The notes beneath the pieces are model-generated. The model saw only the letters and a program-made list of their open reading frames with translations. It made no database searches and was not told the origin of the DNA. This document shows, piece by piece, positions 38,552 to 47,746 of a stretch of DNA of 49,468 nt. Numbering within the stretch: the first letter of the stretch is position 1; each line of letters starts with the position of its first letter. A program made the position numbers and the translations under genes. The stretch lies in the sequence record SRR20825019_1320; one strand, written 5' to 3'.

Positions 38552-39070
38552 ATGAAGTACAACGGACTATTGCCCAATTTACCCAAAGAACTGCGTGTTT
38601 TTATTGCAACTTTCGTGATTGTTCTCTCAGTGGGATATTTCACAGGATTGCTTTTTATCCAAGAAACCGAGTCGACAACCCCAGTTGGGATTGAAGAAAA
38701 TTACTTGGGCAATGAAGAGGATGAAGATGCCGAGGTGATGAAATTTAAAAAAGGAAATCGGGAAATGTTGACGGTCGTTCACACACACGTGCTATCCATG
38801 TCCCTTATATTTTTTCTATTGGGTATATTGGTTTGGCTTACAAAGGCAACAAAGAAACTAAAGCTATTTTTGACCCTAGAACCATTTCTTTCCATTGTTC
38901 TAACCTTCGGTGGTATCTATGTGATGTGGTCCGGAGTCAGCTGGTTTAGGTACATCGTTGTTTTTTCCGGAATTTTGATGACCGTTACCTATACGGGCTC
39001 GGCAATTTTGGTGCTTTGGCAATGTTTATTCCCGAACAAATTCAAAATATCAGGTATCAGTTCTCGATGA
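38552..39070 (+). CDS. Hypothetical four-TM membrane protein with an HxH motif
   Basis: Hydrophobic segments, acidic loop EEDEDAE, VVHTHVLSM. Confidence 0.8.
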   Translation: MKYNGLLPNLPKELRVFIATFVIVLSVGYFTGLLFIQETESTTPVGIEENYLGNEEDEDAEVMKFKKGNREMLTVVHTHVLSMSLIFFLLGILVWLTKATKKLKLFLTLEPFLSIVLTFGGIYVMWSGVSWFRYIVVFSGILMTVTYTGSAILVLWQCLFPNKFKISGISSR

Positions 39071-39407
39071 ATTGATAGTCGATTTCATCATGACTTAATA
39101 ACTCTACCCCTTGCTTTTCAAAGCACAATAAGCTTAATAGTTCGCTGACCTCTTCCTTGTTTACCAAGATGATGAAGTGCTTTTTGCCCACGGAGATTGG
39201 AATTTTACGTTGATGGCTCCAGTTTTTCAAGTGTTTTTCCCAATAGGGAATATCCAGTTGCTCAATGTGTTCCCTTAAAGCGTCGAGCTCCCATTCATAC
39301 AACTCAAAACAGAGGTTGTTGTATAATAATTGAAATAATTTGGTGTGGTCACAGAAAGTCAATACACCATTTTTCGACCGGTTCATTACATTCAAAAATC
39401 TGCACAT
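39057..39407 (-). CDS. Hypothetical protein (DUF6686-like)
   Basis: MC...NG...C....FQLLYNNLCF pattern and C-terminal I.YQFIEN; start placed at MCRF. Confidence 0.7.
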   Translation of the reverse strand: MCRFLNVMNRSKNGVLTFCDHTKLFQLLYNNLCFELYEWELDALREHIEQLDIPYWEKHLKNWSHQRKIPISVGKKHFIILVNKEEVSELLSLLCFEKQGVELLSHDEIDYQFIEN

Positions 39408-39435
39408 AAAAAAGGTTTGAACCCTAAAGGTAACA

Positions 39436-39460
39436 ATTATATAGAATGATTCTAAATAAT
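39436..39460. promoter_or_regulatory. Palindromic operator ATTATATAGA-N5-TCTAAATAAT upstream of 39407(-)
   Basis: 9/10 inverted repeat with the same core as 38500-38518. Confidence 0.7.
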
Positions 39461-39559
39461 TGAACAAATTTCTGGGAGTCGGAAAAAATGTAATCCAGGC
39501 ACAGCGAGGTAATCCAATAAATTAGTGGTATATTTGCACGCAATTAATCCGTAATTGCA

Positions 39560-41032
39560 ATGGAAGCTCACCAGAACAAAATTGTTGGAGAAGGACTTAC
39601 GTACGACGACGTTCTTCTTGTGCCGGCATACTCCGAAGTACTTCCCCGAGAAGTAAATATTCAATCAAAATTTACAAAGAACATCACCATAAATGTGCCC
39701 ATTGTTTCCGCAGCGATGGATACAGTGACCGAATCCCGTATGGCCATAGCCATGGCAAGGGAAGGCGGTATTGGTGTGCTTCACAAAAACATGACCATTG
39801 AGCAACAGGCACTTAAGGTCAGAAAAGTAAAGCGGGCAGAGAGTGGAATGATCATGGATCCTGTCACTCTGCCATTGGAATCCGTGGTGCGCGATGCCAA
39901 AGCAAGCATGAGAGAGCATAGTATCGGTGGAATTCCCATTGTGGACAGCAACAAAAAGCTGATTGGTATTGTGACCAATCGCGATCTTCGTTTTGAGAAA
40001 AATGACGATAGGCCCATTGCGGATGTAATGACGTCCGAAAATTTGGTGACTGTCGCCGAGGGTACTTCACTTCAACAGGCAGAAGTGATCCTGCAAGAGA
40101 ACAAAATTGAAAAGCTTCCAGTAATAAACGACAATGACGAGCTTATAGGCCTCATTACCTTTAGGGATATTACAAAACTTACCCAAAAACCCATAGCCAA
40201 TAAGGACCAGTACGGACGATTGCGCGTAGCTGCTGCCATCGGCGTTACTGCAGATGCCGTAGACCGCGCCGGAGCATTGGTGAAATCGGGTGTGGATGCC
40301 ATCATTATAGATACTGCTCACGGACACACCAAAGGTGTTGTCAGTATCTTAAAAGAGGTCAAGAAATCCTTTCCGGAATTGGAAGTTGTGGTAGGTAACA
40401 TTGCCACGGCCGAGGCTGCCAAATATTTGGTGGAAGCTGGTGCTGATGCCGTAAAAGTAGGTATTGGACCTGGTTCTATTTGTACCACTCGAGTGGTTGC
40501 CGGTGTGGGTTTTCCACAGTTCTCAGCAGTTTTGGAGGTTTCTGCGGCATTAAAAGGTACGGGAGTCCCTGTTATTGCAGATGGGGGAATCCGGTACACT
40601 GGTGATATTCCAAAAGCCTTGGCCGCTGGAGCCGATACCGTAATGTTAGGGTCATTATTGGCCGGGACCAAGGAGTCACCTGGAGAGACCATTATTTATG
40701 AAGGTCGTAAGTTCAAATCCTACCGTGGAATGGGTTCTGTTGAGGCTATGAAGCAAGGTAGTAAGGACCGTTATTTCCAAGATGTTGAGGACGATATCAA
40801 AAAATTGGTTCCCGAAGGTATTGTTGGGCGTGTGCCTTACAAAGGCGAGTTGGTGGAAAGTATGCATCAATTTATTGGAGGACTACGTGCCGGTATGGGC
40901 TATTGTGGAGCCAAGGATATTGAGACCTTAAAAAACAATGCGCAATTTGTGAAGATAACATCCAGCGGAATTCACGAGAGCCATCCGCATAATGTTACGA
41001 TTACGAAAGAAAGTCCGAACTATAGCAGATAA
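39560..41032 (+). CDS. guaB: IMP dehydrogenase
   Basis: [45 protein letters not shown] box at 39529-39536. Confidence 0.98.
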   Translation: MEAHQNKIVGEGLTYDDVLLVPAYSEVLPREVNIQSKFTKNITINVPIVSAAMDTVTESRMAIAMAREGGIGVLHKNMTIEQQALKVRKVKRAESGMIMDPVTLPLESVVRDAKASMREHSIGGIPIVDSNKKLIGIVTNRDLRFEKNDDRPIADVMTSENLVTVAEGTSLQQAEVILQENKIEKLPVINDNDELIGLITFRDITKLTQKPIANKDQYGRLRVAAAIGVTADAVDRAGALVKSGVDAIIIDTAHGHTKGVVSILKEVKKSFPELEVVVGNIATAEAAKYLVEAGADAVKVGIGPGSICTTRVVAGVGFPQFSAVLEVSAALKGTGVPVIADGGIRYTGDIPKALAAGADTVMLGSLLAGTKESPGETIIYEGRKFKSYRGMGSVEAMKQGSKDRYFQDVEDDIKKLVPEGIVGRVPYKGELVESMHQFIGGLRAGMGYCGAKDIETLKNNAQFVKITSSGIHESHPHNVTITKESPNYSR

Positions 41033-41060
41033 GAAATAAGGCCAAAGTGGCTGGGGAATT

Positions 41061-41576
41061 TTATTTCCCAGCATAGCTTTGCCAGTCCTTGTCCTTGTAG
41101 ATGTTCTCGCCAAAATATTTGGCAATCTGCATAAAGGGTTCCACTTGTTGATAACCAGGAACGGGAGACAGCATATTTAGAGATTCATCCAAGAAAACAA
41201 CGGTCGGATAGCTCATTTTTCCTTGCAAAAGTGCCGCTGCCAGCTCGTGGTAGCCTCTTCTTCCCGAGGGGACGTACTTGAAAGTCTTGCCTTGATATAC
41301 AATTGGTTCTTTACCTTCAGCGTCCATTTTTACCATATAGAAGTTGTCCTGCATGTATTTGGATACTTCGGGGTTTTGAAAAGTGTTTTGATCCATTTTT
41401 TTGCACCATCCGCACCAGTCCGTATAAACATCCACAAATATTTTTTTGGGTTTGGCATCCGTTTTGGAAAGTTCAACAGCTTCCTCCCAGGAAATCCAAT
41501 TAATATCTTGGGCTTGTACATTTAAGCCCGAGAATACTAGAAAAAGTAAGCAGATTTGGGTAAAAATTGAGCGCAT
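41061..41576 (-). CDS. Secreted thioredoxin-fold protein (DUF255-like)
   Basis: Signal peptide; VDVYTDWCGWCKKMD; SYPT. Confidence 0.88.
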   Translation of the reverse strand: MRSIFTQICLLFLVFSGLNVQAQDINWISWEEAVELSKTDAKPKKIFVDVYTDWCGWCKKMDQNTFQNPEVSKYMQDNFYMVKMDAEGKEPIVYQGKTFKYVPSGRRGYHELAAALLQGKMSYPTVVFLDESLNMLSPVPGYQQVEPFMQIAKYFGENIYKDKDWQSYAGK

Positions 41577-41677
41577 AGTCTTGGTTTTTTGACGTAATCG
41601 TCATCATATCAATACAAAGCTAACGAAAATTGTACCAAAAAAGTATTGCCTTTAACAGTCTAATAATGCTTTGTGGG

Positions 41678-42916
41678 TTATTTTACAGTTTGCTTTTTTG
41701 ATGGTTCAAAAAGCTCCTTCACATCAACTTGATTGTTCAAGATGTCATCAAAAGTCTCCCTTTTTCTAATTAAATGCGCTTTTCCTTGATACCACAGTAC
41801 CTCTGCAGGCCTATATCTGGAGTTGTAATTGCTGGCCATGGTGAAGCAATAGGCACCTGCATTTTTAAAGCAAAGGATATCCCCTTCGGATATTTCATTG
41901 ATTCTTCGATTGCTTCCAAAGGTATCCGTTTCACAAATGTACCCCACTACGGAGTAATAACGCTCCCTGCCTTTTGGATTGGAGATATTTACAATTTGAT
42001 GAGTAGACCCGTACAACATGGGGCGAATCAAATGGTTGAAACCTGAATCGATACTGGCAAAAACGGTAGAGGTGGTTTGTTTTACCACGTTTACTTTGGC
42101 CAAAAAGAAGCCAGCTTCACTAACCAAGAATTTCCCCGGTTCGAAAGCAAGGGTAAGTTCTCTGCCGTATTCTTTGCAGAACTCATTGAATCTTTTGGTC
42201 AATTTTTTGCCCAACTCATCCACATTGGTCTGTATATCACCTTCTTTATATGGAACTTTAAAACCGCTGCCAAAGTCGATAAACTCTAAGTCCTTGAAGT
42301 TTTTTGCAGTTTCAAAAAGAATTTCTGAAGCGTAGAGGAATACATCAATATCCAAAATATCACTACCTGTGTGCATGTGGATACCGTTGATATTCATGTT
42401 GGTCAACTCCACAATACGCAATAAGTGTGGAATCTGATGTACGCTGATTCCAAATTTGGAATCGATATGTCCCACGGAGATGTTGGAATTTCCTCCCGCC
42501 ATCACATGAGGGTTGATACGGATACAAACGGGAATGTCAGGATGCTTACTTCCAAACTGTTCCAAAATAGAAAGGTTGTCAATATTCACTTGAACCCCAA
42601 GCGCTGCGGCTTCCTCAATCTCTTCCAAAGAAACCCCGTTAGGGGTGAAAATGATAGATTCCGGCTTAAAACCGGCCAAAAGCCCCAATTTTACTTCTTG
42701 TATGGATACCGTATCCAGACCACTTCCAAGGCTGTTCAACAATCGTAGGATGCTAACATTCGACAAAGCCTTGGCCGCATAGTTCAGCTTTAGATTGGGT
42801 ACGCCCTTAAAAGCATTGGTGAGCTTTTTGTATTGTGATGTGATCTTATCGGCATCATAAACATATAGCGGTGCGCCAAATTGCTCGGTTAGCTGAAGTA
42901 AGTCCTTAGAATTCAT
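41678..42916 (-). CDS. lysA: Diaminopimelate decarboxylase
   Basis: YAAKA (PLP lysine), HMHTGS, DFGSGF, EPGKFL, ICETD, MASNYN; start at MNSKDL. Confidence 0.95.
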   Translation of the reverse strand: MNSKDLLQLTEQFGAPLYVYDADKITSQYKKLTNAFKGVPNLKLNYAAKALSNVSILRLLNSLGSGLDTVSIQEVKLGLLAGFKPESIIFTPNGVSLEEIEEAAALGVQVNIDNLSILEQFGSKHPDIPVCIRINPHVMAGGNSNISVGHIDSKFGISVHQIPHLLRIVELTNMNINGIHMHTGSDILDIDVFLYASEILFETAKNFKDLEFIDFGSGFKVPYKEGDIQTNVDELGKKLTKRFNEFCKEYGRELTLAFEPGKFLVSEAGFFLAKVNVVKQTTSTVFASIDSGFNHLIRPMLYGSTHQIVNISNPKGRERYYSVVGYICETDTFGSNRRINEISEGDILCFKNAGAYCFTMASNYNSRYRPAEVLWYQGKAHLIRKRETFDDILNNQVDVKELFEPSKKQTVK

Positions 42917-43077
42917 ATTGTACGGTATTTTGAGCAAAACTATATTTTGTTGTTTATACACGCAAGAAATAAAACATTTTTATCAAAATATAACAAGTTG
43001 TTTGATTTAAAACAACTATAGGTTTTATGGAGTTGCGGGTTTAGGTTTTCATCTGTATTTTTAGGCAAATCGCAATA

Positions 43078-43716
43078 ATGAAACTACCCTTATTCCCATT
43101 ACAGTCGGTATTTTATCCGGGAGAAACGGTGCCGCTACATATTTTTGAAGACCGTTACAAACAATTGATAAACGATTGTAGAAGAGAGGCCATGACCTTT
43201 GGTGTTCCGGTTTATATCAACAATTCTATTTCCTATGGCACCGAGGTGCAATTGGTAGAAGTCGTGAACACATATGATACCGGTGAGATGGATGTCGTTT
43301 GCGTGGCGCGTCAAGTTTTTAAGGTACTGAGCTTTGAAAAGCAGATGGAAGGTAAGCTTTATGGTGGCGGTGAGGTCGAGTTTTTGGATGTCGAGAACGA
43401 TGCCGACGAAAACTTAAGGGATGAGGTGCTTCAAAAAGTGGAGGAACTATACGATATTATGGATGTGCCATTTGCAAAAACATCGCCAAAACAATTCAAC
43501 AGTTATTCGTTGGCCCACAAAATGGGTCTCTCCTTTGAGCAAGAATATGAATTATTACTGATGACCAAAGAAACGGACCGCTTGAATTTTATCAAGGCCC
43601 ATTTAGAAACAACGACCCATGTTCTCAATAAGGTGAATCGAACCAAAGAGGTGATTGAAATGAACGGGCATTTCAAAAATTTTGATCCTTTGGACTTTCA
43701 AGATTTTAAGTTGTAG
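43078..43716 (+). CDS. Stand-alone Lon substrate-binding-domain protein
   Basis: LPLFPL..VFYPGETVPLHIFEDRYKQLI; no AAA+ or protease domain. Confidence 0.88.
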   Translation: MKLPLFPLQSVFYPGETVPLHIFEDRYKQLINDCRREAMTFGVPVYINNSISYGTEVQLVEVVNTYDTGEMDVVCVARQVFKVLSFEKQMEGKLYGGGEVEFLDVENDADENLRDEVLQKVEELYDIMDVPFAKTSPKQFNSYSLAHKMGLSFEQEYELLLMTKETDRLNFIKAHLETTTHVLNKVNRTKEVIEMNGHFKNFDPLDFQDFKL

Positions 43717-43834
43717 TGATTCCATGGAACAAAAGATGCAATTTATAGGTGCTTATCTTTAATTAATCATTTAACATCTTCAATTTGTCAGCGGTGTTTT
43801 CTATTTTTGTCTTCAAACAAAAGTAAATTCACAG

Positions 43835-45028
43835 ATGAATCTTCACGAATATCAAGGAAAAGAGATTTTAGCGAGTTTTGGAGTTAGAATCCAGAGAGGG
43901 ATAGTTGCCCACAACGCCAAGGAAGCGGTAGATGCCGCAAAACAACTTACTGAAGAAACCGGAACCGGATGGCACGTAATCAAAGCGCAAGTACATGCTG
44001 GTGGCCGAGGTAAGGGTGGTGGTGTAAAACTAGCCAAAAACTTGAAGGAAGTAGAAGAGTTGGCAGGTAACATTATAGGAATGAACTTGGTTACCCCACA
44101 AACGTCTGCCGAAGGTAAAAAAGTACACCAAGTTTTGGTGGCCGAGGATGTTTACTATCCTGGTGACAGCGAAACCAGCGAATTTTATATGTCCGTTCTT
44201 CTAAATAGAGGTACGGGAAGAAACATGATCATGTATTCTACCGAAGGAGGTATGGATATTGAAGAAGTGGCCGAAAAAACACCACATTTGATTTTTACTG
44301 AAGAGGTGGACCCGGGATTGGGCCTATTGCCTTTCCAAGCAAGAAGAATCGCTTTCAATCTTGGACTTTCCGGAACTGCATTCAAAGAAATGGTAAAATT
44401 TGTGATGTCTTTGTACAAGGCGTATGTTGAGAGTGATTCCAGTCTTTTTGAGATCAACCCGGTTTTGAAGACTTCCGATGATAAAATTATGGCAGTTGAT
44501 GCCAAGGTGACCATAGACGATAACGCACTTTACAGAAGAAAGACTTATGCAGAAATGCGTGACCTTCGGGAAGAAAACCCAATCGAGGTTGAAGCTCGTG
44601 AAGTTGGTCTTAACTATGTTGATTTGGATGGTAATGTAGGTTGTATGGTAAACGGTGCCGGATTGGCAATGGCCACTATGGACTTAATAAAAATGGCCGG
44701 TGGTGAACCTGCCAACTTCTTGGATGTTGGAGGTACCGCGGATGCCAAAAGGGTAGAGGAAGCCTTCCGTATTATTCTTAAGGATACGAACGTAAAAGCA
44801 ATATTGATCAATATCTTCGGAGGAATCGTTCGTTGTGATCGTGTTGCCCAAGGTGTTGTGGATGCCTATAAAAATATGGGAGATGCCATCCAAGTGCCAA
44901 TTATTGTAAGATTGCAAGGAACCAATGCCGAGTTGGCGAAGGAAATTATCGATAACTCTGGCTTGGCGGTACATTCAGCTGTACAATTTAAAGAAGCTGC
45001 AGATAAGGTAGAGGAAGTGTTGAGCTAG
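43835..45028 (+). CDS. sucC: Succinyl-CoA ligase beta subunit
   Basis: MNLHEYQGK, KAQVHAGGRGKGGGV, MVNGAGLAMATMD, ANFLDVGG, NIFGGIVRCD. Confidence 0.98.
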   Translation: MNLHEYQGKEILASFGVRIQRGIVAHNAKEAVDAAKQLTEETGTGWHVIKAQVHAGGRGKGGGVKLAKNLKEVEELAGNIIGMNLVTPQTSAEGKKVHQVLVAEDVYYPGDSETSEFYMSVLLNRGTGRNMIMYSTEGGMDIEEVAEKTPHLIFTEEVDPGLGLLPFQARRIAFNLGLSGTAFKEMVKFVMSLYKAYVESDSSLFEINPVLKTSDDKIMAVDAKVTIDDNALYRRKTYAEMRDLREENPIEVEAREVGLNYVDLDGNVGCMVNGAGLAMATMDLIKMAGGEPANFLDVGGTADAKRVEEAFRIILKDTNVKAILINIFGGIVRCDRVAQGVVDAYKNMGDAIQVPIIVRLQGTNAELAKEIIDNSGLAVHSAVQFKEAADKVEEVLS

Positions 45029-45048
45029 TTCTACCACTTTAAAAATGG

Positions 45049-45084
45049 AAAAGGGCAACGTTTTATTAACGTTGCCCTTTTTTT
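45049..45084 (+). terminator. Intrinsic terminator after sucC
   Basis: AAAAGGGCAACGTT...AACGTTGCCCTTTTTTT. Confidence 0.88.
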
Positions 45085-45374
45085 ATTCCACAATGTATCC
45101 GTCATAAATTTTAGTGCTTTTCTAGACTGTTAACAGTATTCCCTACGTATTCAATGTGTTCCTTATCATCCTTTGAGTTCTTTATAAAGAAAGGGGTTCA
45201 TTCACTGATATTGTTGCAGAGGTAACTACATTAAACATTTGTTAAATCGTTAAAGAGTGTAACAATTATGTTTTTTTATCGTCTTATTTTTGAGGTGTCA
45301 TTAAAAAGGGAGTTTAATCAACCCTAAATATTGACACATTGTTAATCATCAATTTTAATCAAAAAACAAAAATC

Positions 45375-45710
45375 ATGAGAAAATTTAAAACTGGTACAGT
45401 AGCATTGGTATTTTTTGCAACTATGAGTGCTTTTGCAACAAAGGGAAAGAAAGCTACAAACGACAACAACCTTTCCGGTCAGATTTATGAAATGTTGAAG
45501 GACAATCAATTTAATGCCGACCAGAATGAGTTGACAGCAGAAGTGAAGTTCATCGTTAACGAAAAAGGTGAATTGATCGTACTTTCTGTAGAGACAAAAG
45601 ATGAAGTTTTGGAAGGTTTCGTAAAAAGTCGATTGAACTATAAAAAAGTGCAATTGGACAACGTTGCTCCCGGTAGAGTTTACGAAATCCCAGTAAGAAT
45701 TACCGCTTAA
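45375..45710 (+). CDS. Hypothetical small secreted protein
   Basis: Signal peptide MRKFK...SAFA; A.V.F.VN..GELIVLSV...FVKSRLNY pattern. Confidence 0.8.
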   Translation: MRKFKTGTVALVFFATMSAFATKGKKATNDNNLSGQIYEMLKDNQFNADQNELTAEVKFIVNEKGELIVLSVETKDEVLEGFVKSRLNYKKVQLDNVAPGRVYEIPVRITA

Positions 45711-45737
45711 TAAACGGGAATTGTTTGAGTTAGTTAG

Positions 45738-45765
45738 AAAAAGCCCTGAATTTCAGGGCTTTTTT
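45738..45765 (+). terminator. Intrinsic terminator
   Basis: AAAAAGCCCTGAA-T-TTCAGGGCTTTTTT. Confidence 0.85.
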
Positions 45766-45827
45766 GTGTACTAAAATGAGCTGTTTTGGAGTTATCTATT
45801 TAGGACTCCAAACCAAAACCTTAATTT

Positions 45828-46229
45828 ATGGGTAGTTATGAGGAAAAACTGAGCATTCTCTCCGAGTTGATCGCCTTTGCAAGGGTAGATCATTCCCTGA
45901 AACAATTGGAATATGATTTTTTACTTAAAGTAGCCCATAGTCTGGAGATGGATAAAGATGTTCTCGATAGTCTCCTCAAACAAAAATCTCCCAAAATTCG
46001 ATTAAAAACCCAAGCAGAACGGATTGTACAGTTCCATAGGCTTATGCTTTTGATGAACATAGATCAGGAACAACATAAAAAGGAGATTGATACACTTTAT
46101 AATATTGGGTTGAAAATGGGCTTGCCTCCATCTGCCATAAGTCAGGTGTTGGAGGTTATGCATCGCTACCCGGACAATATTGTTCCACCCGATGTGCTTA
46201 TAAATATCTTTAAGGCATATTATAACTAA
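45828..46229 (+). CDS. TerB-like / DjlA N-terminal-like protein
   Basis: LSELIAFARVD....EYDFLLKVA..L; LMNID....KEI.....IGLKMGL. Confidence 0.75.
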   Translation: MGSYEEKLSILSELIAFARVDHSLKQLEYDFLLKVAHSLEMDKDVLDSLLKQKSPKIRLKTQAERIVQFHRLMLLMNIDQEQHKKEIDTLYNIGLKMGLPPSAISQVLEVMHRYPDNIVPPDVLINIFKAYYN

Positions 46230-46301
46230 TGTCAAATTGGCATCTTTTCTAATTTATTTCATGTCAAATAGGCATGTGTTTTCTGTTGGTATAAGTTTTG
46301 T
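46229..46301 (+). promoter_or_regulatory. hsp20 upstream region: 15-bp direct repeat plus a sigma54-like -24/-12 element
   Basis: ATGTCAAATTGGCAT (46229-46243) and ATGTCAAATAGGCAT (46261-46275); TGGTATAAGTTTTGT (46287-46301). Confidence 0.55.
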
Positions 46302-46345
46302 CTTATACATGGTGATTTGAATGTTTAACTAAAAATTGAATCGCC

Positions 46346-46771
46346 ATGAGTATAGTAAAAAGAAATAACCTGTTTTTTCCATCCTTGATGAACGATTTTG
46401 TAAGTCCTGACTGGTTCGGCGGAACTGAAAAGTGGAATACATCGGTTCCCGCAGTAAACATAAAGGACAATACAGAAGGATATGAATTGGAACTTGCCGT
46501 TCCAGGTATGAAAAAAGATGATTTTAAAGTTGAGATTGACAATGATGTCTTGACCATTTCCAGTGAAATGAAAACTGAGAATGAAGAGAGCAATGATAAT
46601 TATACAAGAAAGGAATTCTCATATTCTTCATTTAAAAGAGCCTTTACATTGCCTGAGACCGTAGACGGTTCCAAAATCGACGCTAAGTACGAGGACGGAG
46701 TGTTGAAATTGACATTGCCCAAAAAACAAGAGGCTTTGCCAAAACCAAAAAGATTGATAGAGATTGCATAA
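46346..46771 (+). CDS. Small heat-shock protein Hsp20 / alpha-crystallin
   Basis: PAVNIK, LAVPGMKKDDF, EFSYSSFKRAFTLP, AKYEDGVL.LTLPK. Confidence 0.96.
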   Translation: MSIVKRNNLFFPSLMNDFVSPDWFGGTEKWNTSVPAVNIKDNTEGYELELAVPGMKKDDFKVEIDNDVLTISSEMKTENEESNDNYTRKEFSYSSFKRAFTLPETVDGSKIDAKYEDGVLKLTLPKKQEALPKPKRLIEIA

Positions 46772-46830
46772 GACATTAGAACACCAACTATAGGTGTTTC
46801 ATGATGGTTGGATTAGTTGGTTAGTTGAGG

Positions 46831-46862
46831 AGCGCTCCTGCATATGCGGGGGCGCTTTTTTT
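46831..46862 (+). terminator. Intrinsic terminator after hsp20
   Basis: AGCGCTCCTGCATATGCGGGGGCGCT followed by a U-run. Confidence 0.8.
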
Positions 46863-46929
46863 GTTTTTTAAAATAATTAATAAAAAAAATCTTACATTTA
46901 AAGTAAGTTTAACCATTAACTATTTAATT

Positions 46930-47700
46930 ATGAAAAATTTTATTAAGACTACAATTATCAGATTGTTTTATGTGAGCTGTATTGTCCTCACACTAAGTTC
47001 ATGTGCAAAAGAGGAGACACCTGCTTTTGAAAATCAAAATCTTGAAACTTTAGAGGTGGATAATCCGGTTATTATGGATGGGGAAGGTTTAAATAATAAA
47101 TCTTCATCTTCTACTACAGCTAAGACCACATGTGATATATTAGGGACTACTACCCCACAAGCTGGAAATCAATATTCCTTTACTTATTCCTCAAATATTT
47201 CAAATCCTACGGTTACATGGACCGTTGAGAGTGGAGCTATCACACTGATAAGTAGTTCGGGCAATTCTGCTACTTTCCAATTTGCTTCTAACTTTAATGG
47301 GGGAAGTATAAAAGCATACGGGACCAATGGCTCTCTTGAATGCTCTGATATACAGTCTTTCAAGCGTGTTCCGAGTATTAGCTGTCCTGGTCAATCTTGT
47401 TTGGGTATTTCACATGTAGAAGGATGTATTGATTTCCTTGCCTATTTACATTGCGCTAACAATGTGGTATCGGTCGACTGGGAATATACCATTGGACCCT
47501 ATAATCATGTATCGTTCGGCAGCACAAATAACCCCAATGGTAATTATACGATACCGCAGGCATTATATCTTCCTACAAATAATTGGAGCAATTATGATCT
47601 ATGGATTTATGCTTATATAACATTGTCCGATGGCAGTACTTGTACTATATCTAAAAAAACAGTTCTGACGAATTGTGGCCCTGGTGGAGGAAATCAATAA
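46930..47700 (+). CDS. Cys-rich lipoprotein with a PKD/Ig-like module
   Basis: Lipobox LSSC; YSFTY...VTWTV..G.ITL.S..GNSATF beta-sandwich pattern; several cysteines. Confidence 0.7.
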   Translation: MKNFIKTTIIRLFYVSCIVLTLSSCAKEETPAFENQNLETLEVDNPVIMDGEGLNNKSSSSTTAKTTCDILGTTTPQAGNQYSFTYSSNISNPTVTWTVESGAITLISSSGNSATFQFASNFNGGSIKAYGTNGSLECSDIQSFKRVPSISCPGQSCLGISHVEGCIDFLAYLHCANNVVSVDWEYTIGPYNHVSFGSTNNPNGNYTIPQALYLPTNNWSNYDLWIYAYITLSDGSTCTISKKTVLTNCGPGGGNQ

Positions 47701-47704
47701 TTAA

Positions 47705-47746
47705 ATAGAAAATGGCCCGCAATTATAATTACGGGCCATTTTCTAT
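47705..47746. terminator. Bidirectional terminator between the lipoprotein gene and uvrB
   Basis: ATAGAAAATGGCCCG-N12-CGGGCCATTTTCTAT. Confidence 0.8.

Noticed and set aside
43835-45028. sucC without sucD as evidence of gene loss
   Set aside because: sucC and sucD are commonly unlinked in Flavobacteria.
45828-46229. TerB-like gene as a tellurite-resistance or defence locus
   Set aside because: Solitary gene with no other ter genes nearby.
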